Shown here piece after piece: positions 20,065 to 29,658 of a stretch of 64,000 bases of DNA. The notes under the pieces are model-generated. The model had not been told where the DNA came from, did not search any database, and saw only the letters and a program-made list of their open reading frames with translations. The stretch is taken from contig CBDHDG010000006.1 in the NCBI GenBank assembly GCA_965261595.1, forward strand, positions 352,001 through 416,000, in the 5' to 3' direction. The stretch is from a bacterium (GTDB lineage Bacteria > UBA8248 > JACPRG01 > G963555815). The position numbers were made by a program, and so were the translations under genes. Position 1 is the stretch's first letter. Each line of letters opens with the position of its first letter.

Positions 20065-22083
20065 ATGCCCCCCCCCCCCCCTCCTCCCCCCCGGGACAGC
20101 CGATCAGCGCGACTCCGGACGCGGATCTTCACCTCCGTCCTCCGATTCAACGACCGGGTGGATGAATGGATCCGCCGGAACCCGGCCGCGCGCCTCCTGG
20201 GACCCGCCGGACCGTTGCGGCGATGGAGGGAAGGAGAAAGGCGCGGCCCCCGCCCATCGGGGCCGGCGGCCGACAGTGACGGCTGGATCGACGGCAGTCT
20301 CTTCATTACAGCGATCCGGAGGTTTTTGGCGGCGCTGGGCGGTCGAATCGCCGCCCAGGCGCGGGAAGGGATCTTCGGGCGCTGGCGGGACGCCGTGGCC
20401 CGCTCCCGGACGACCGCCCCGCAGCGAACCGCCGCGGCCGTTCTCTTATCGACCATCGGCGCGAACGCGGTTTTCCTTCTTGCCTCCCAAACGCTCCTGG
20501 GAGCGGAAGGCCTGGCGATTCGGGCGCTCCTGCTCACCGGTGCGGGAGCGGCGACGGTCCTGGAAGAGGGCGGGTTCGCCCGCTGGTGGCGGGCTTGGCG
20601 GCCGGTCCAATGGCTCCGGAATTCGGGAAGGAAGAAGGAGGCAACCCCCGGAACCGCCGCTCCGGCCGCTCCGGAGGGGTCTCCCGGCTTCCTCCCCGCG
20701 ATGGCGGCGGGGGTGGTTGCGGGGTTTTTCTGGTGGCTTTCGCCCGGCGCCGCATTTCTGGGACTGGCCGCGGCGGGGTTGGCGGCGGGCCTGAAGCGAT
20801 TCTGCGCCCCGGAGGATTGGGAATTTTTGCGGGGTCTTTTCATCGCTTCCCTGGCCCTTCGCCTGGCCCTCCTGGCCGTTGCGTACGCGTGGGCGATCAC
20901 GCACGTGTGGACCTACTCGAATTCGAATGTCCTGGACTTTCACTTCAGGACCCCGATGGTGTTCGGCGACGGGGGATACTTCACGGCGCGCGCCTGGGCG
21001 CTCAGCCAGATCTGGAGGGGCGCTGAGGTCTGGCCGCGGGCCCTGTATGAAATTCGCCAAACTTACGGGGCCACGTCATTTCTTTACGTCCCCACGGTCT
21101 TCTTCTATCTTTTCGGCCCCGAGGGATTGATCGCGGTCCGGCTCATCAATCCCTTCTTCGGCGCATGCCTCCCTTTGATGGTGTACGGGTTTACCCGCGA
21201 CCTGTTCGGCCGGCCGGCCGGCCGGATCGCCTCGATCACGGTCGCTCTCTTCCCTTCGCTGATCCTCTGGAGCCTGGACCTGCTCAAGGACACCACGTTC
21301 ATCGTGATGACCCTGGCGACCGTCTGGGGGCTGGTTCGATTCCAACGGCGAGAGAGATTCGGCGCCTGGCTTACCGCCGCCGTCATGGCGGCGCTTGCCT
21401 TCACCGTGCGCAATAACCTGGGCATTCTTCTCCTCATCTTGGTCGGACTCGGCTGGATACCCGCCATGTGGCGGCGGTGCGTGGGGCGGAGCCCGGCTCG
21501 GGCGCTGCTCGCCCTTTTGCTTCTGGCGGCGGTTTTCCTCTCCCCCCCCGTGCGCGGTGTGATGGGGGTTCGGCTCTACTGGCTCTTTTCCATCCAGCGG
21601 GGAGCGGCCGAAACGGCCGGAAGGTCCACCTATCCGCTGTGGAGCCGAAGACTCTACCGGCACATGACGCCCGAGACCTTCCTGAAGGATGTCAAACCCT
21701 TGGAAGTCCTCCGCGCGTTCGGACTCGGGCAACGCCATTTCTGGCTCGAACCCACCCCCTGGGGGCCGCGCTCCCGGGGAGAGCGGCTGGCCATCCCCCA
21801 GATGATGCTTTGGTACGTGATCCTCCTGGCGAGCCTCGCCGGGATATGGCGTCTGCGGCGAAACCCCTCGGAGCTCTTCGTCCTGCTTGTGTTCCTCGGG
21901 GCGACGAGCGCAAGCATCGGGATGACGGGAGGGAACGTCGGGACGATTTTCCGCCACCGGGATGTCCTGACGCCGGTCCTGATTGCCGCGGCCGGCGGAG
22001 GACTGGCCGGCTGGCTCCGCCGGACGCGGGACCCGGCCCATCAGGGCGGCCGGGCCGATCGCGGGTCGGCGGGCGAGGCCTGA
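20065..22083 (+). CDS. Polytopic membrane protein, GT-C-like glycosyltransferase/polymerase
   Basis: Many TM segments; FGDGGYF, ALFPSLILWSLDLLKD, NVGTIFRHR; lies between GT genes. Start uncertain. Confidence 0.6.
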   Translation: MPPPPPPPPRDSRSARLRTRIFTSVLRFNDRVDEWIRRNPAARLLGPAGPLRRWREGERRGPRPSGPAADSDGWIDGSLFITAIRRFLAALGGRIAAQAREGIFGRWRDAVARSRTTAPQRTAAAVLLSTIGANAVFLLASQTLLGAEGLAIRALLLTGAGAATVLEEGGFARWWRAWRPVQWLRNSGRKKEATPGTAAPAAPEGSPGFLPAMAAGVVAGFFWWLSPGAAFLGLAAAGLAAGLKRFCAPEDWEFLRGLFIASLALRLALLAVAYAWAITHVWTYSNSNVLDFHFRTPMVFGDGGYFTARAWALSQIWRGAEVWPRALYEIRQTYGATSFLYVPTVFFYLFGPEGLIAVRLINPFFGACLPLMVYGFTRDLFGRPAGRIASITVALFPSLILWSLDLLKDTTFIVMTLATVWGLVRFQRRERFGAWLTAAVMAALAFTVRNNLGILLLILVGLGWIPAMWRRCVGRSPARALLALLLLAAVFLSPPVRGVMGVRLYWLFSIQRGAAETAGRSTYPLWSRRLYRHMTPETFLKDVKPLEVLRAFGLGQRHFWLEPTPWGPRSRGERLAIPQMMLWYVILLASLAGIWRLRRNPSELFVLLVFLGATSASIGMTGGNVGTIFRHRDVLTPVLIAAAGGGLAGWLRRTRDPAHQGGRADRGSAGEA

Positions 22084-22088
22084 GACCC

Positions 22089-23354
22089 GTGGCGAATCAT
22101 CCCCCTCCTCCCCCCCTCCCCCCAACCAACGGCGGGCGGCGGCGTCCACCCAGGATCCTCTTCCTCTCCTACAACGGCGTCCAGGAGCCCCTGACGCAAT
22201 CCCAGGCGCTGCCCTACCTCCGCGGGCTCGCCCGCCGGGGCGCCCGGGTTCATCTGCTCACCTTCGAGAAAGAAACGCCGGGGGGAAACCCGCCGGGCAA
22301 GGACCAGCGCGCGGCTTTGGCCCGCGACGGTTTGCGTTGGACCTGGCTCAGGTACCATAAGCGTCCCGCCTTCGTTTCCACACTCTTCGACGTCGCTCTC
22401 GGGATGGTCATCTCTTTTTGGCTCACCCTGCGGCATCGCGTGGACATCATCGAAGCCCGGGGGACCATCCCCGCGGGAATCGGATTTCCGGTGGCCCGGA
22501 TCCTTCGGCGGCGATTCCTCTTCAACGTCCGGGGGCTGCTCGCCGAGGAAAACGCGGACGCGGGCCGCTGGAGGCTGGATCACCCCGCGGTCCGATGGGT
22601 GAACCGGCTCGAGAAACGATGGATTTCCTCCGCGGACGCGGTCATCGTGCTCACCGAGGCATTGAAACGTCTCCTGGCGGGACCGGATTACCTGCCGCGG
22701 CCAAGGGCCGAAGGGGTGACGGTGATCCCGTGCTGTGCGGACACCGACCGGTTTCTGCCGGCCCGCGAGACGAGAGGGCCGAAGACCGCCTTCCCCACGT
22801 TCGTCTATGCGGGATCGCTCGGCGGGTACTATCTGGTCCGGGAGATGTTCGACTTTTTCGCCGCCGCCCTGGCCCGCTGGCCCCGGGCGCGTCTGCGGAT
22901 CCTGGCCAACGGGTATGAAGACGGGGCGCGCGAAGCCGTGCGCGAGACCGGCCTGGATCCCGGGCGGGTGGAGATCGAGACGGTCGCCCATGAGGATGTC
23001 CCCGGACAGCTGGCCGGCGCCGACGCGGGCCTGATCTTCGCCCGCCCGGCCTTTGCCCGGATCGGCATGTCTCCGACCAAACTGGCCGAGTATCTGGCCT
23101 GCGGTCTGCCGGTCGTCACAACGCCTGGAATCGGGGACACCGAGAGCGTTGTCCAGGAAGACCGGACCGGGGTGGTGGTTCGGGGTCTCGACCGGGCCGG
23201 GTACGAGGGGGTCTGCGAGGCGCTCTCGACGCTTTTCGAGGAAGGCGAGACCCTGCGGACCCGGTGCCGGCAATCGGCGGTTCGTCGATTCGGGTTGGAG
23301 AGAGGGCTTGCGGGATATCGTGAAGTCCTGGGATTTCTCGGGTTCCGACTGTGA
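22089..23354 (+). CDS. GT4 (GT-B) glycosyltransferase
   Basis: QSQALPYL, VIPCCADTDRF, YAGSLG, SPTKLAEYLACGLPVV; GTG 22089. Confidence 0.9.
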   Translation: MANHPPPPPLPPTNGGRRRPPRILFLSYNGVQEPLTQSQALPYLRGLARRGARVHLLTFEKETPGGNPPGKDQRAALARDGLRWTWLRYHKRPAFVSTLFDVALGMVISFWLTLRHRVDIIEARGTIPAGIGFPVARILRRRFLFNVRGLLAEENADAGRWRLDHPAVRWVNRLEKRWISSADAVIVLTEALKRLLAGPDYLPRPRAEGVTVIPCCADTDRFLPARETRGPKTAFPTFVYAGSLGGYYLVREMFDFFAAALARWPRARLRILANGYEDGAREAVRETGLDPGRVEIETVAHEDVPGQLAGADAGLIFARPAFARIGMSPTKLAEYLACGLPVVTTPGIGDTESVVQEDRTGVVVRGLDRAGYEGVCEALSTLFEEGETLRTRCRQSAVRRFGLERGLAGYREVLGFLGFRL

Positions 23355-23540
23355 CTTTCCCAAGGGGGTTGCGTATATAGATTTTTACATCGTTAGACGT
23401 TGGGGTGGTTGGTAAAATACGCGCTGTTCGGAGCGTCGTCCCGAGACCCGGCCGGCCGGGCCGGCGGACCGCCCCCGTCGGGGGATCGAGCAAGTTGAGT
23501 CATCGGGTTTCGCCGGAACCTCCCGGGCGCGAAAATTGGA

Positions 23541-25290
23541 GTGGGGAAAATCGCTGAGACGCCGAAAAGATTCGGCACCCATGTGCTGTACACCGCGATT
23601 TCCATCGGGACGCTCCTGCTGTTCCTGCCGGCGACCCGGGCGTGGTTCATCGGCCGGGGGATGCGGTGGTTTTTCATTTTCCTTCTGTCCCTCTTCCTGA
23701 GCCTGCTCCTGACGCCGGCCGTCCGCCGCTTGGCCCGCCGCCTTGAAGTGCTGGACGCGCCTTCATCCCGAAAGGCCCACGAGAGAAGCACCCCGCTGCT
23801 GGGCGGAATGGCTATTTTTCTCTCCTTCGCCATCGCCGTCATCTACAACCTGTATTTCTCGTTTCAACTCAAGGGCGTCGCCATCGGCGCCACGCTCGTC
23901 ATGGTTTTTGGCCTGGCGGACGACATCTGGGACCTGCCGGCGCTGATGAAGCTCATGATTCAGCTTTGCGCGGTGGGGGTCATGATCGTTTACGGGGTCA
24001 GCGGAAATTTCATGCCGACCTCCTTTCTGGGGGACGGCTTCGAGGTGCCCCTGACGATTATCTGGATGATCGGCATCACCAACGCCGTGAACTTTCTGGA
24101 CGGGATGGACGGTTTGGCGGCGGGGCTGGGCCTCATCGCATCCACGTTCATCGGTCTTGTGGCCCTGCAAACCGGCCAGCGGTTCCTGCTTTTTCTCGCC
24201 GTGGCGTTGGCGGGCAGTTGCCTGGGATTTCCCCCCTACAACTTCCATCCCCGAAAACCCGCGACCATCTTTCTCGGGGACGCGGGCAGCCAGTTCATCG
24301 GATTCACCCTGGCGGGGATGGCCATCATGGGAAATTGGGCGATCGGCGATCCGGTGAAGGCCTACAGCATGCCCATTCTGATCCTGGCCATCCCAATCTT
24401 CGACATGACCTACATCACTTCCACGCGCATTTATTGGGGGCGGATTCGCAGCTTCAGGGAGTGGCTTGAATACACCGGAAGAGACCACCTGCACCACCGC
24501 CTGGAAAACCTCGGCCTCTCCAAGAAGCAAACGGTTCTGTTCATCTACTTCCTGGCAGCCGCGTTGGGCGTCAGCGCGGTCGTCCTGAAAAACGGCCGGA
24601 CATTGGACGCCGTGGTCCTGTTGTTTCAGGCGGCGATGCTGCTGTTGATCACCGCCATGCTGATGGTCCGGGGCGCCCGCCTGGTTCAGGACGCGGGACG
24701 GGAGATCCGCCGAACCCTGACCAACATCCTCGGCTTCAGCGAAGTCATGCTGGGGGAGGAGCCGGAATCGCCGAGCGCCCGTCGGGAGTACGCGGAAATC
24801 ATCCGGCGCAAGAAGATCCGTTTGGAGAGCGAGCTCAACCGCCTTTCGGGCGCCCTCCCGCCGGAAGCCCCCGCCGGGTCGGAAGGGGACGCCGAATCCG
24901 CCGATGCGGAAGCGGAGTCCCGAACGATCCTGGTCGTCGATGACGACCTGGATTTCCGCCGGTTGATCGAGATCATCCTGGGCAAACGTAACCGGATCAT
25001 CACGGCCTCCGACGGCGCCTCAGCCATCTCCTGGGCCCTCGACGCCCGGCCCGATCTGATCCTGATGGACCTCTTCATGCCCCGCCTGGACGGCTTCGAA
25101 ACCGTCCGGATCCTTCAGGAAAACCCCGATACGCGGCAAGATTCCCGTGCTGGCCCTGAGCGCGGAGATGTCTCGGGTCAACGCCGAACGGGCCTTGGAA
25201 GCCGGATGTGTTGGCTATCTGGGGAAACCGTTCGACGCCCGGACCCTTCGCCGCGCGGTGACACGCGCCCTCCGCATCGCCGCCGACTGA
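23541..25290 (+). CDS. WecA/MraY-family polyprenyl-phosphate HexNAc-1-P transferase fused to degenerate HisKA and receiver domains (frameshift near 25138)
   Basis: TPLLGG, GLADD, NAVNFLDGMDGLA, FLGDAGS, DHLHHRL; then REIRRTLTNILGFSEVML and ILVVDDD...ILMDLFMPRLDG; the receiver continues in the +1 frame to TGA 25288-25290 (unshifted ORF ends 25307). Confidence 0.85.
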
Positions 25291-25346
25291 ACCGCGCTCT
25301 TCCTTAAGGGGCTCCCCGCCTCAGGGAAGAAGTCCGCCTCGGGTTC

Positions 25347-26276
25347 TCACCCGGATCCCTCGCCGGGCCGGCCGGCCGCCTGCGGCCTTGCGCACGCCCC
25401 CGGTTTCGCCAGCCGCTCGGCGTTCCGGTAGGCGATCTTCTCGGCCACGGACCGGGGCAGCTCCTTCAGCCAGGCCCGGTGTCCGTCCAGCGTCCGCGGC
25501 AGAAACGCCCACCGGTCGTCCGCCCAAGTGTCCGTCCCCACCAGGAAGCGATCCGGGTGGCGCAGGAACAGCTTGCGCCAATCCGGCTTCAGCCCGTCGT
25601 GAGAGACGTCCCACCGAAGGGCCAGCTCGGCCCAAAGATTCGCGTGGCGGTCCAGGAGCTGTCCGATGGTCTCCGGCCCCGCCGTCATCCCCGCGTGCGC
25701 CCAGAGGACGCAGACGCCGCGCTTCATCGCCGCGATCTCCGCAACGGCCGCCGCGTCCACGTGGGCGTGGAGGAAGAGATTTTCCCGCGCCGCCAGATCG
25801 ACGATCCGTCGGAAGACCGGGGAGGCGGCGTCGCCCGCGCCCATGTGGAACTCCCCAATCCCCCGGTAGACGCCCCGCCCGGTCCGGATGCGTTCTTCGA
25901 GATAGGCCGGGATCTCCGGATCCCGAAACCACGTGGCCATGTCCGCCGGCGTCCTGTAAGGGCGCAGGACGGGGACGACGACATTCGGCGCCGCCCGGTG
26001 GAGCCTGAGCGTGCCGTCGTCCGGCGTGCTGGAGACGAAGGCCCGGATCACGCCGCCCCGCTTCAGGATCTTCAACGCCCCGGCCGGCGGGAGCCGATCC
26101 CAGGCGTCCCGGCCGTAATGGATATGGGCATCGAAGATGGGGAGCCGCTGGGCAGCCGCCGGCCCGGCGGACAAAAAAGGGACAACCGACAGACCGGCCA
26201 GGATCGCGACCCGGCCGGAAACGAGCAAGCCGGACCGCCCGAACCGCATATGGAAGAACGTGGTGATGGGCTTCAT
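25347..26276 (-). CDS. Amidohydrolase-family (TIM-barrel) protein, probably exported
   Basis: IFDAHIHY, GIGEFH, LWAHAG, DRFLVGTD; signal-like N-terminus. Confidence 0.8.
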   Translation of the reverse strand: MKPITTFFHMRFGRSGLLVSGRVAILAGLSVVPFLSAGPAAAQRLPIFDAHIHYGRDAWDRLPPAGALKILKRGGVIRAFVSSTPDDGTLRLHRAAPNVVVPVLRPYRTPADMATWFRDPEIPAYLEERIRTGRGVYRGIGEFHMGAGDAASPVFRRIVDLAARENLFLHAHVDAAAVAEIAAMKRGVCVLWAHAGMTAGPETIGQLLDRHANLWAELALRWDVSHDGLKPDWRKLFLRHPDRFLVGTDTWADDRWAFLPRTLDGHRAWLKELPRSVAEKIAYRNAERLAKPGACARPQAAGRPGEGSG

Positions 26277-26401
26277 GGCCTTCTTCCCCGAGGATATGCG
26301 GATCGATTCGGGGAAAATGGAGAGTTCGGATGGCGAGGCGGGGGCGGCCGGTCGGAGGAACCCGCTGCCGCCGCTTTGGCTTCGGAACCGCCCGCGCGGC
26401 C

Positions 26402-27283
26402 TCAGACGGCTACGTGGATGCTGAGCTTTTCGTAGTCCTTCTCCTTCATCTCATCCCGCAGCCCCCAACTCTCCAGCCATGCGTGGTTCTCTTCAAAGAA
26501 GCCCTCGCCGTACGGCTCGAAAACCATCAACTCGCCCAGACAGAATTTGGAGTAATCATAGTCGCCGCGCATGTCCGCCGGGATGTTCCTTTCCCAAAGG
26601 GGCAGGTAAGGCGCCGGGTCCGCGCGAAGCGCCTCATCGGCCCGCCTGAGAACGCGGAAGTACGCCTTCAGGGTGTCGGGGTCCAGGTCCTCGCTCACCC
26701 AGGAAAGGATCCGGAACTGCCCCATCGCCAGCCGGCGATGGCCCCGCTGGAGGGCCATGTCGATCGCCGGGTCCACGAGGTTGATCACCTCGATCTCCCC
26801 CGACTCCAGGTATTGAAGCCGCTGAACCGGCCCGCCCAGGTTGTTGATGATGATCTTCTCTCGCGAATGGATCATCTCCATCGCCTTCAAAGTCGTGTAG
26901 TGGGTCCCCGCGCGGATTCCGACGCCGATGGGGACGTTCGCCAGGTCCAGAAGGGAGTGGTAGGGCGAATCCGGCCGGACGAAGAAGGAATAGTTGGCCA
27001 CGCCGTAGAGGTCGGGGACGATCTTCCCCATGCCCGCGCCGGCGTTGCTCGCCGCGCCCCAGTGGCAGGCCGCGTGGACGCTCGACACCCCATCCACAAA
27101 AGGGCGGTCCTGCGGCCGCTCGTAGTACGCATCGCCCTGGTGGCTGAGCAACCCGTGCGTCACGCCGTCCAGGTGCTCAGGCGCGAGGCCCTCATCTTGG
27201 TAATAGCCGTTTTCGAGCGCAATCCACTCGTGGAGCCTCATGAAATGCGGCACCACCTTGACGGGCTTCAGATGTTGCGTCAT
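26402..27283 (-). CDS. NMT1/SsuA-like substrate-binding-fold protein
   Basis: WIALENGYYQDEGL, FVRPDSPYHSLLDLANVPIGV; ATG 27283; no evident signal peptide. Confidence 0.7.
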   Translation of the reverse strand: MTQHLKPVKVVPHFMRLHEWIALENGYYQDEGLAPEHLDGVTHGLLSHQGDAYYERPQDRPFVDGVSSVHAACHWGAASNAGAGMGKIVPDLYGVANYSFFVRPDSPYHSLLDLANVPIGVGIRAGTHYTTLKAMEMIHSREKIIINNLGGPVQRLQYLESGEIEVINLVDPAIDMALQRGHRRLAMGQFRILSWVSEDLDPDTLKAYFRVLRRADEALRADPAPYLPLWERNIPADMRGDYDYSKFCLGELMVFEPYGEGFFEENHAWLESWGLRDEMKEKDYEKLSIHVAV

Positions 27284-27451
27284 CTCTTCATTCCCCCCTT
27301 GGCTTTTCGGGCGGCGGAACCCATTCCCGCATTTTCCGGATATCCCCACCGATGAAGCCACTTTAATACAAAACCCGGTTCGATGCAGGCCGAAACTTCC
27401 TTTCGCCCAAGCGGAGCGCCGCAGCCTCGCCGCGCGCATGTCCGAAAGCCC

Positions 27452-27480
27452 TTGACCCTCGGGCCGATGGGCGGTAGATT
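27452..27480 (+). promoter_or_regulatory. Sigma70 promoter upstream of the TPP riboswitch
   Basis: TTGACC-17 bp-TAGATT about 10 bp before the aptamer. Confidence 0.6.
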
Positions 27481-27490
27481 GGATTCAAGA

Positions 27491-27572
27491 TCGCTAGGGG
27501 TGCCTTGTACTGAGAGTCATACTCTGACAACCCTTAGAACCTGAACTGGGTAATGCCAGCGTAGGGAAGCGG
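27491..27572 (+). ncRNA. TPP riboswitch
   Basis: CTAGGGGTGC...CTGAGAG...ACCCTTAGAACCTGAACTGGGTAATGCCAGCGTAGGGAAG matches the THI-box consensus; upstream of a thiXY-like transporter. Confidence 0.95.
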
Positions 27573-27632
27573 CGGATAGCAGGGACGTTCGTGGGGAGGG
27601 ACCTTATCCCTTCCCCGAGCCATCGCTTGACG

Positions 27633-27669
27633 GGCCGTTTCCCTCTCTTCGAGAGACGGCCTTGTTGTT
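27633..27669 (+). terminator. Probable riboswitch expression-platform hairpin
   Basis: GGCCGT...CTCTC-TTC-GAGAG-ACGGCC followed by TTGTTGTT. Confidence 0.5.
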
Positions 27670-28570
27670 GAGAGCGAAAGAAGGCCCCGCGCTGGCCAAG
27701 CCGGGGGGGGGGGGGGAGGCCGAAGTTTTCCAGCGGCCCGCGCGGGCGCCGGACGTTTCGGAACGCCGTCCCGCGGCCGTCCCGAAACGGACGAACGGCG
27801 CCGGCCGGGCCTCTTCCCGGGCGCGCGACTACGCGACCCCCGCCCTTCTCCTCCTGTTTTTTCTGGTTCTCTGGCAGGCGGCGGTCGCCGTATTCGCCCT
27901 CCCCCACTACATCCTCCCCTCTCCCATCCTGGTCTTTCAGACCCTCGGCCAATCCTGGGAAATCCTCCTGTTTCATGCCGGCCGGACGCTCGTCGAAGTC
28001 CTCGCGGGCTTCGGGGCGGCCCTGGCGGCGGGCTTCGTCCTGGCCGTCGGGATCACCTATTCACGGGCCCTCCGAAGGGCCCTGTATCCCCTGGTGATCG
28101 CCTCGCAGACCATACCGGTCATCGCCATCGCGCCGCTTCTCGTCATCTGGTTCGGCTACGACATGATGCCCAAGGTGGTGATGACGGCCCTCATCGCGTT
28201 CTTCCCGGTGGTGGTCAACACGGTGGACGGCCTCGAGGCCACCGACCCGGACCTGTTGGATCTGATGCGGCTGCTTCAAGCCGACTGGTGGCAGACCTTT
28301 CGGAAGGCGCGCTTTCCGGCGGCGCTTCCGTTCATCTTCTCCGGGCTGAAAATCGCGGCGGCGATCAGCGTCATCGGGGCCGTCATCGGCGAGTGGGTCG
28401 GGGCGGACCGGGGGCTCGGCTTTCTGATGATCCGGGCCAACGCCCAGCTTCGGACGGACCTGATCTTCGCCTCCATCGTAATCCTCTCGGCCATGGGCAT
28501 CCTGCTCTTCCTCGCCGTGTGCGCGCTGGAGCGGATCAGCATGCCCTGGGAAAGAGGAAATGAAGGCTGA
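27662..28570 (+). CDS. ABC transporter permease, ThiX/SsuC-like (start uncertain)
   Basis: ILPSP, SQTIPVIAIAPLL, FPAALPFIFSGLK, VIGEWVG; TPP-regulated. Confidence 0.9.
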   Translation: MLLRAKEGPALAKPGGGGEAEVFQRPARAPDVSERRPAAVPKRTNGAGRASSRARDYATPALLLLFFLVLWQAAVAVFALPHYILPSPILVFQTLGQSWEILLFHAGRTLVEVLAGFGAALAAGFVLAVGITYSRALRRALYPLVIASQTIPVIAIAPLLVIWFGYDMMPKVVMTALIAFFPVVVNTVDGLEATDPDLLDLMRLLQADWWQTFRKARFPAALPFIFSGLKIAAAISVIGAVIGEWVGADRGLGFLMIRANAQLRTDLIFASIVILSAMGILLFLAVCALERISMPWERGNEG

Positions 28571-28628
28571 GCCGGCGGCGGCCTTCGACTTCCCTTCAAC
28601 GTCCTACAACGAAAGAGGAGACTCCGAG

Positions 28629-29621
28629 ATGCGAATGCGACGGCGATCGATCACCTGGACGGTCCTGGCCCTGCTGGGAGCGGTTTTTCTTCTCGCGGGC
28701 TTCGGACCCGGGGCGGTCTCGGCCGAGGAGCGGGTGAACTTTCGGCTGGATTGGACTCCGTGGTCGCTTCACACCTTCCTGTTCGTGGCCGAGGAGAAGG
28801 GGTATTTCAAGCAAGAGAACCTCAAAGTCCGCCTCTACGTTCCCGCCCATCCCGAGGACACCCTGAAGCTGGTCGGCGTCGGGAAAGACCACTTCGGCCT
28901 GAGCTACCAGACCGACACCATCATCGGCCGCTCGGAAGGCCTCCCCGTCGTGTCGGTGGCCGCGGTGGTGCAGCACCCCCTGAACGTCATCCTGACGATG
29001 AAGGACTCCGGGATCACGCACCCCCGGCAGCTCAAGGGCAAGAAGATCGGCTCGCCCATGATCCCGTCCGACGACGCCTTTCTCAAGACCATCGCCCGGG
29101 CGAACGGCATGACGATGAAGGATTTCCGTGTCGTCAACGTCGGGTTCAACCTGGTCCCTCCGCTCCTTCAGGGCAGCGTGGACGCCGTCATCGGGACTTA
29201 TTGGGTGTGGGAGAAGGTCCAAATCGAGCTGGAGGGAAAGGCGGTGAACGTCATCCGCCTCACCGACCACGGCGTCCCCGATTTTTACGAATCGGTCCTG
29301 ATCACCAGCGACGGAATCGTCCGGAAGAACCCGGCCCTCATCCGCCGCTTCCTCCGGGCGTCCGACCGAGGCTGGAAGTTCGTGATGGACCGGCCCGAGG
29401 AGGCCCTCCAAATCCTGTTGAAGAAGAACAAAGACCTCCGCCCCGAGCTGGCCCGCCGGGCCATTCAGCTCCTCATCCCCCTGGTGCGCGACGGCGTCCC
29501 CAAGGTGGGCTGGCAGACGGAGGCCAAGTGGCGCGAGTTGCGGGATTACATGCTGGACAGTAAGCTGATCCGCAAGAGCGTCCCCGTGAAGCCCCTGTTC
29601 ACCACGTCCTTCCTGCCCTAA
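28629..29621 (+). CDS. ABC substrate-binding protein, ThiY/NMT1-like (thiamine precursor)
   Basis: Signal peptide; LDWTP...H, EKGYFKQENL, LSYQ, GVPDFYE; AGGAG RBS before ATG 28629. Confidence 0.9.
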   Translation: MRMRRRSITWTVLALLGAVFLLAGFGPGAVSAEERVNFRLDWTPWSLHTFLFVAEEKGYFKQENLKVRLYVPAHPEDTLKLVGVGKDHFGLSYQTDTIIGRSEGLPVVSVAAVVQHPLNVILTMKDSGITHPRQLKGKKIGSPMIPSDDAFLKTIARANGMTMKDFRVVNVGFNLVPPLLQGSVDAVIGTYWVWEKVQIELEGKAVNVIRLTDHGVPDFYESVLITSDGIVRKNPALIRRFLRASDRGWKFVMDRPEEALQILLKKNKDLRPELARRAIQLLIPLVRDGVPKVGWQTEAKWRELRDYMLDSKLIRKSVPVKPLFTTSFLP

Positions 29622-29658
29622 CACGCGGGGGGGCCGGCAGCGAGACGGGAGGACCGGC

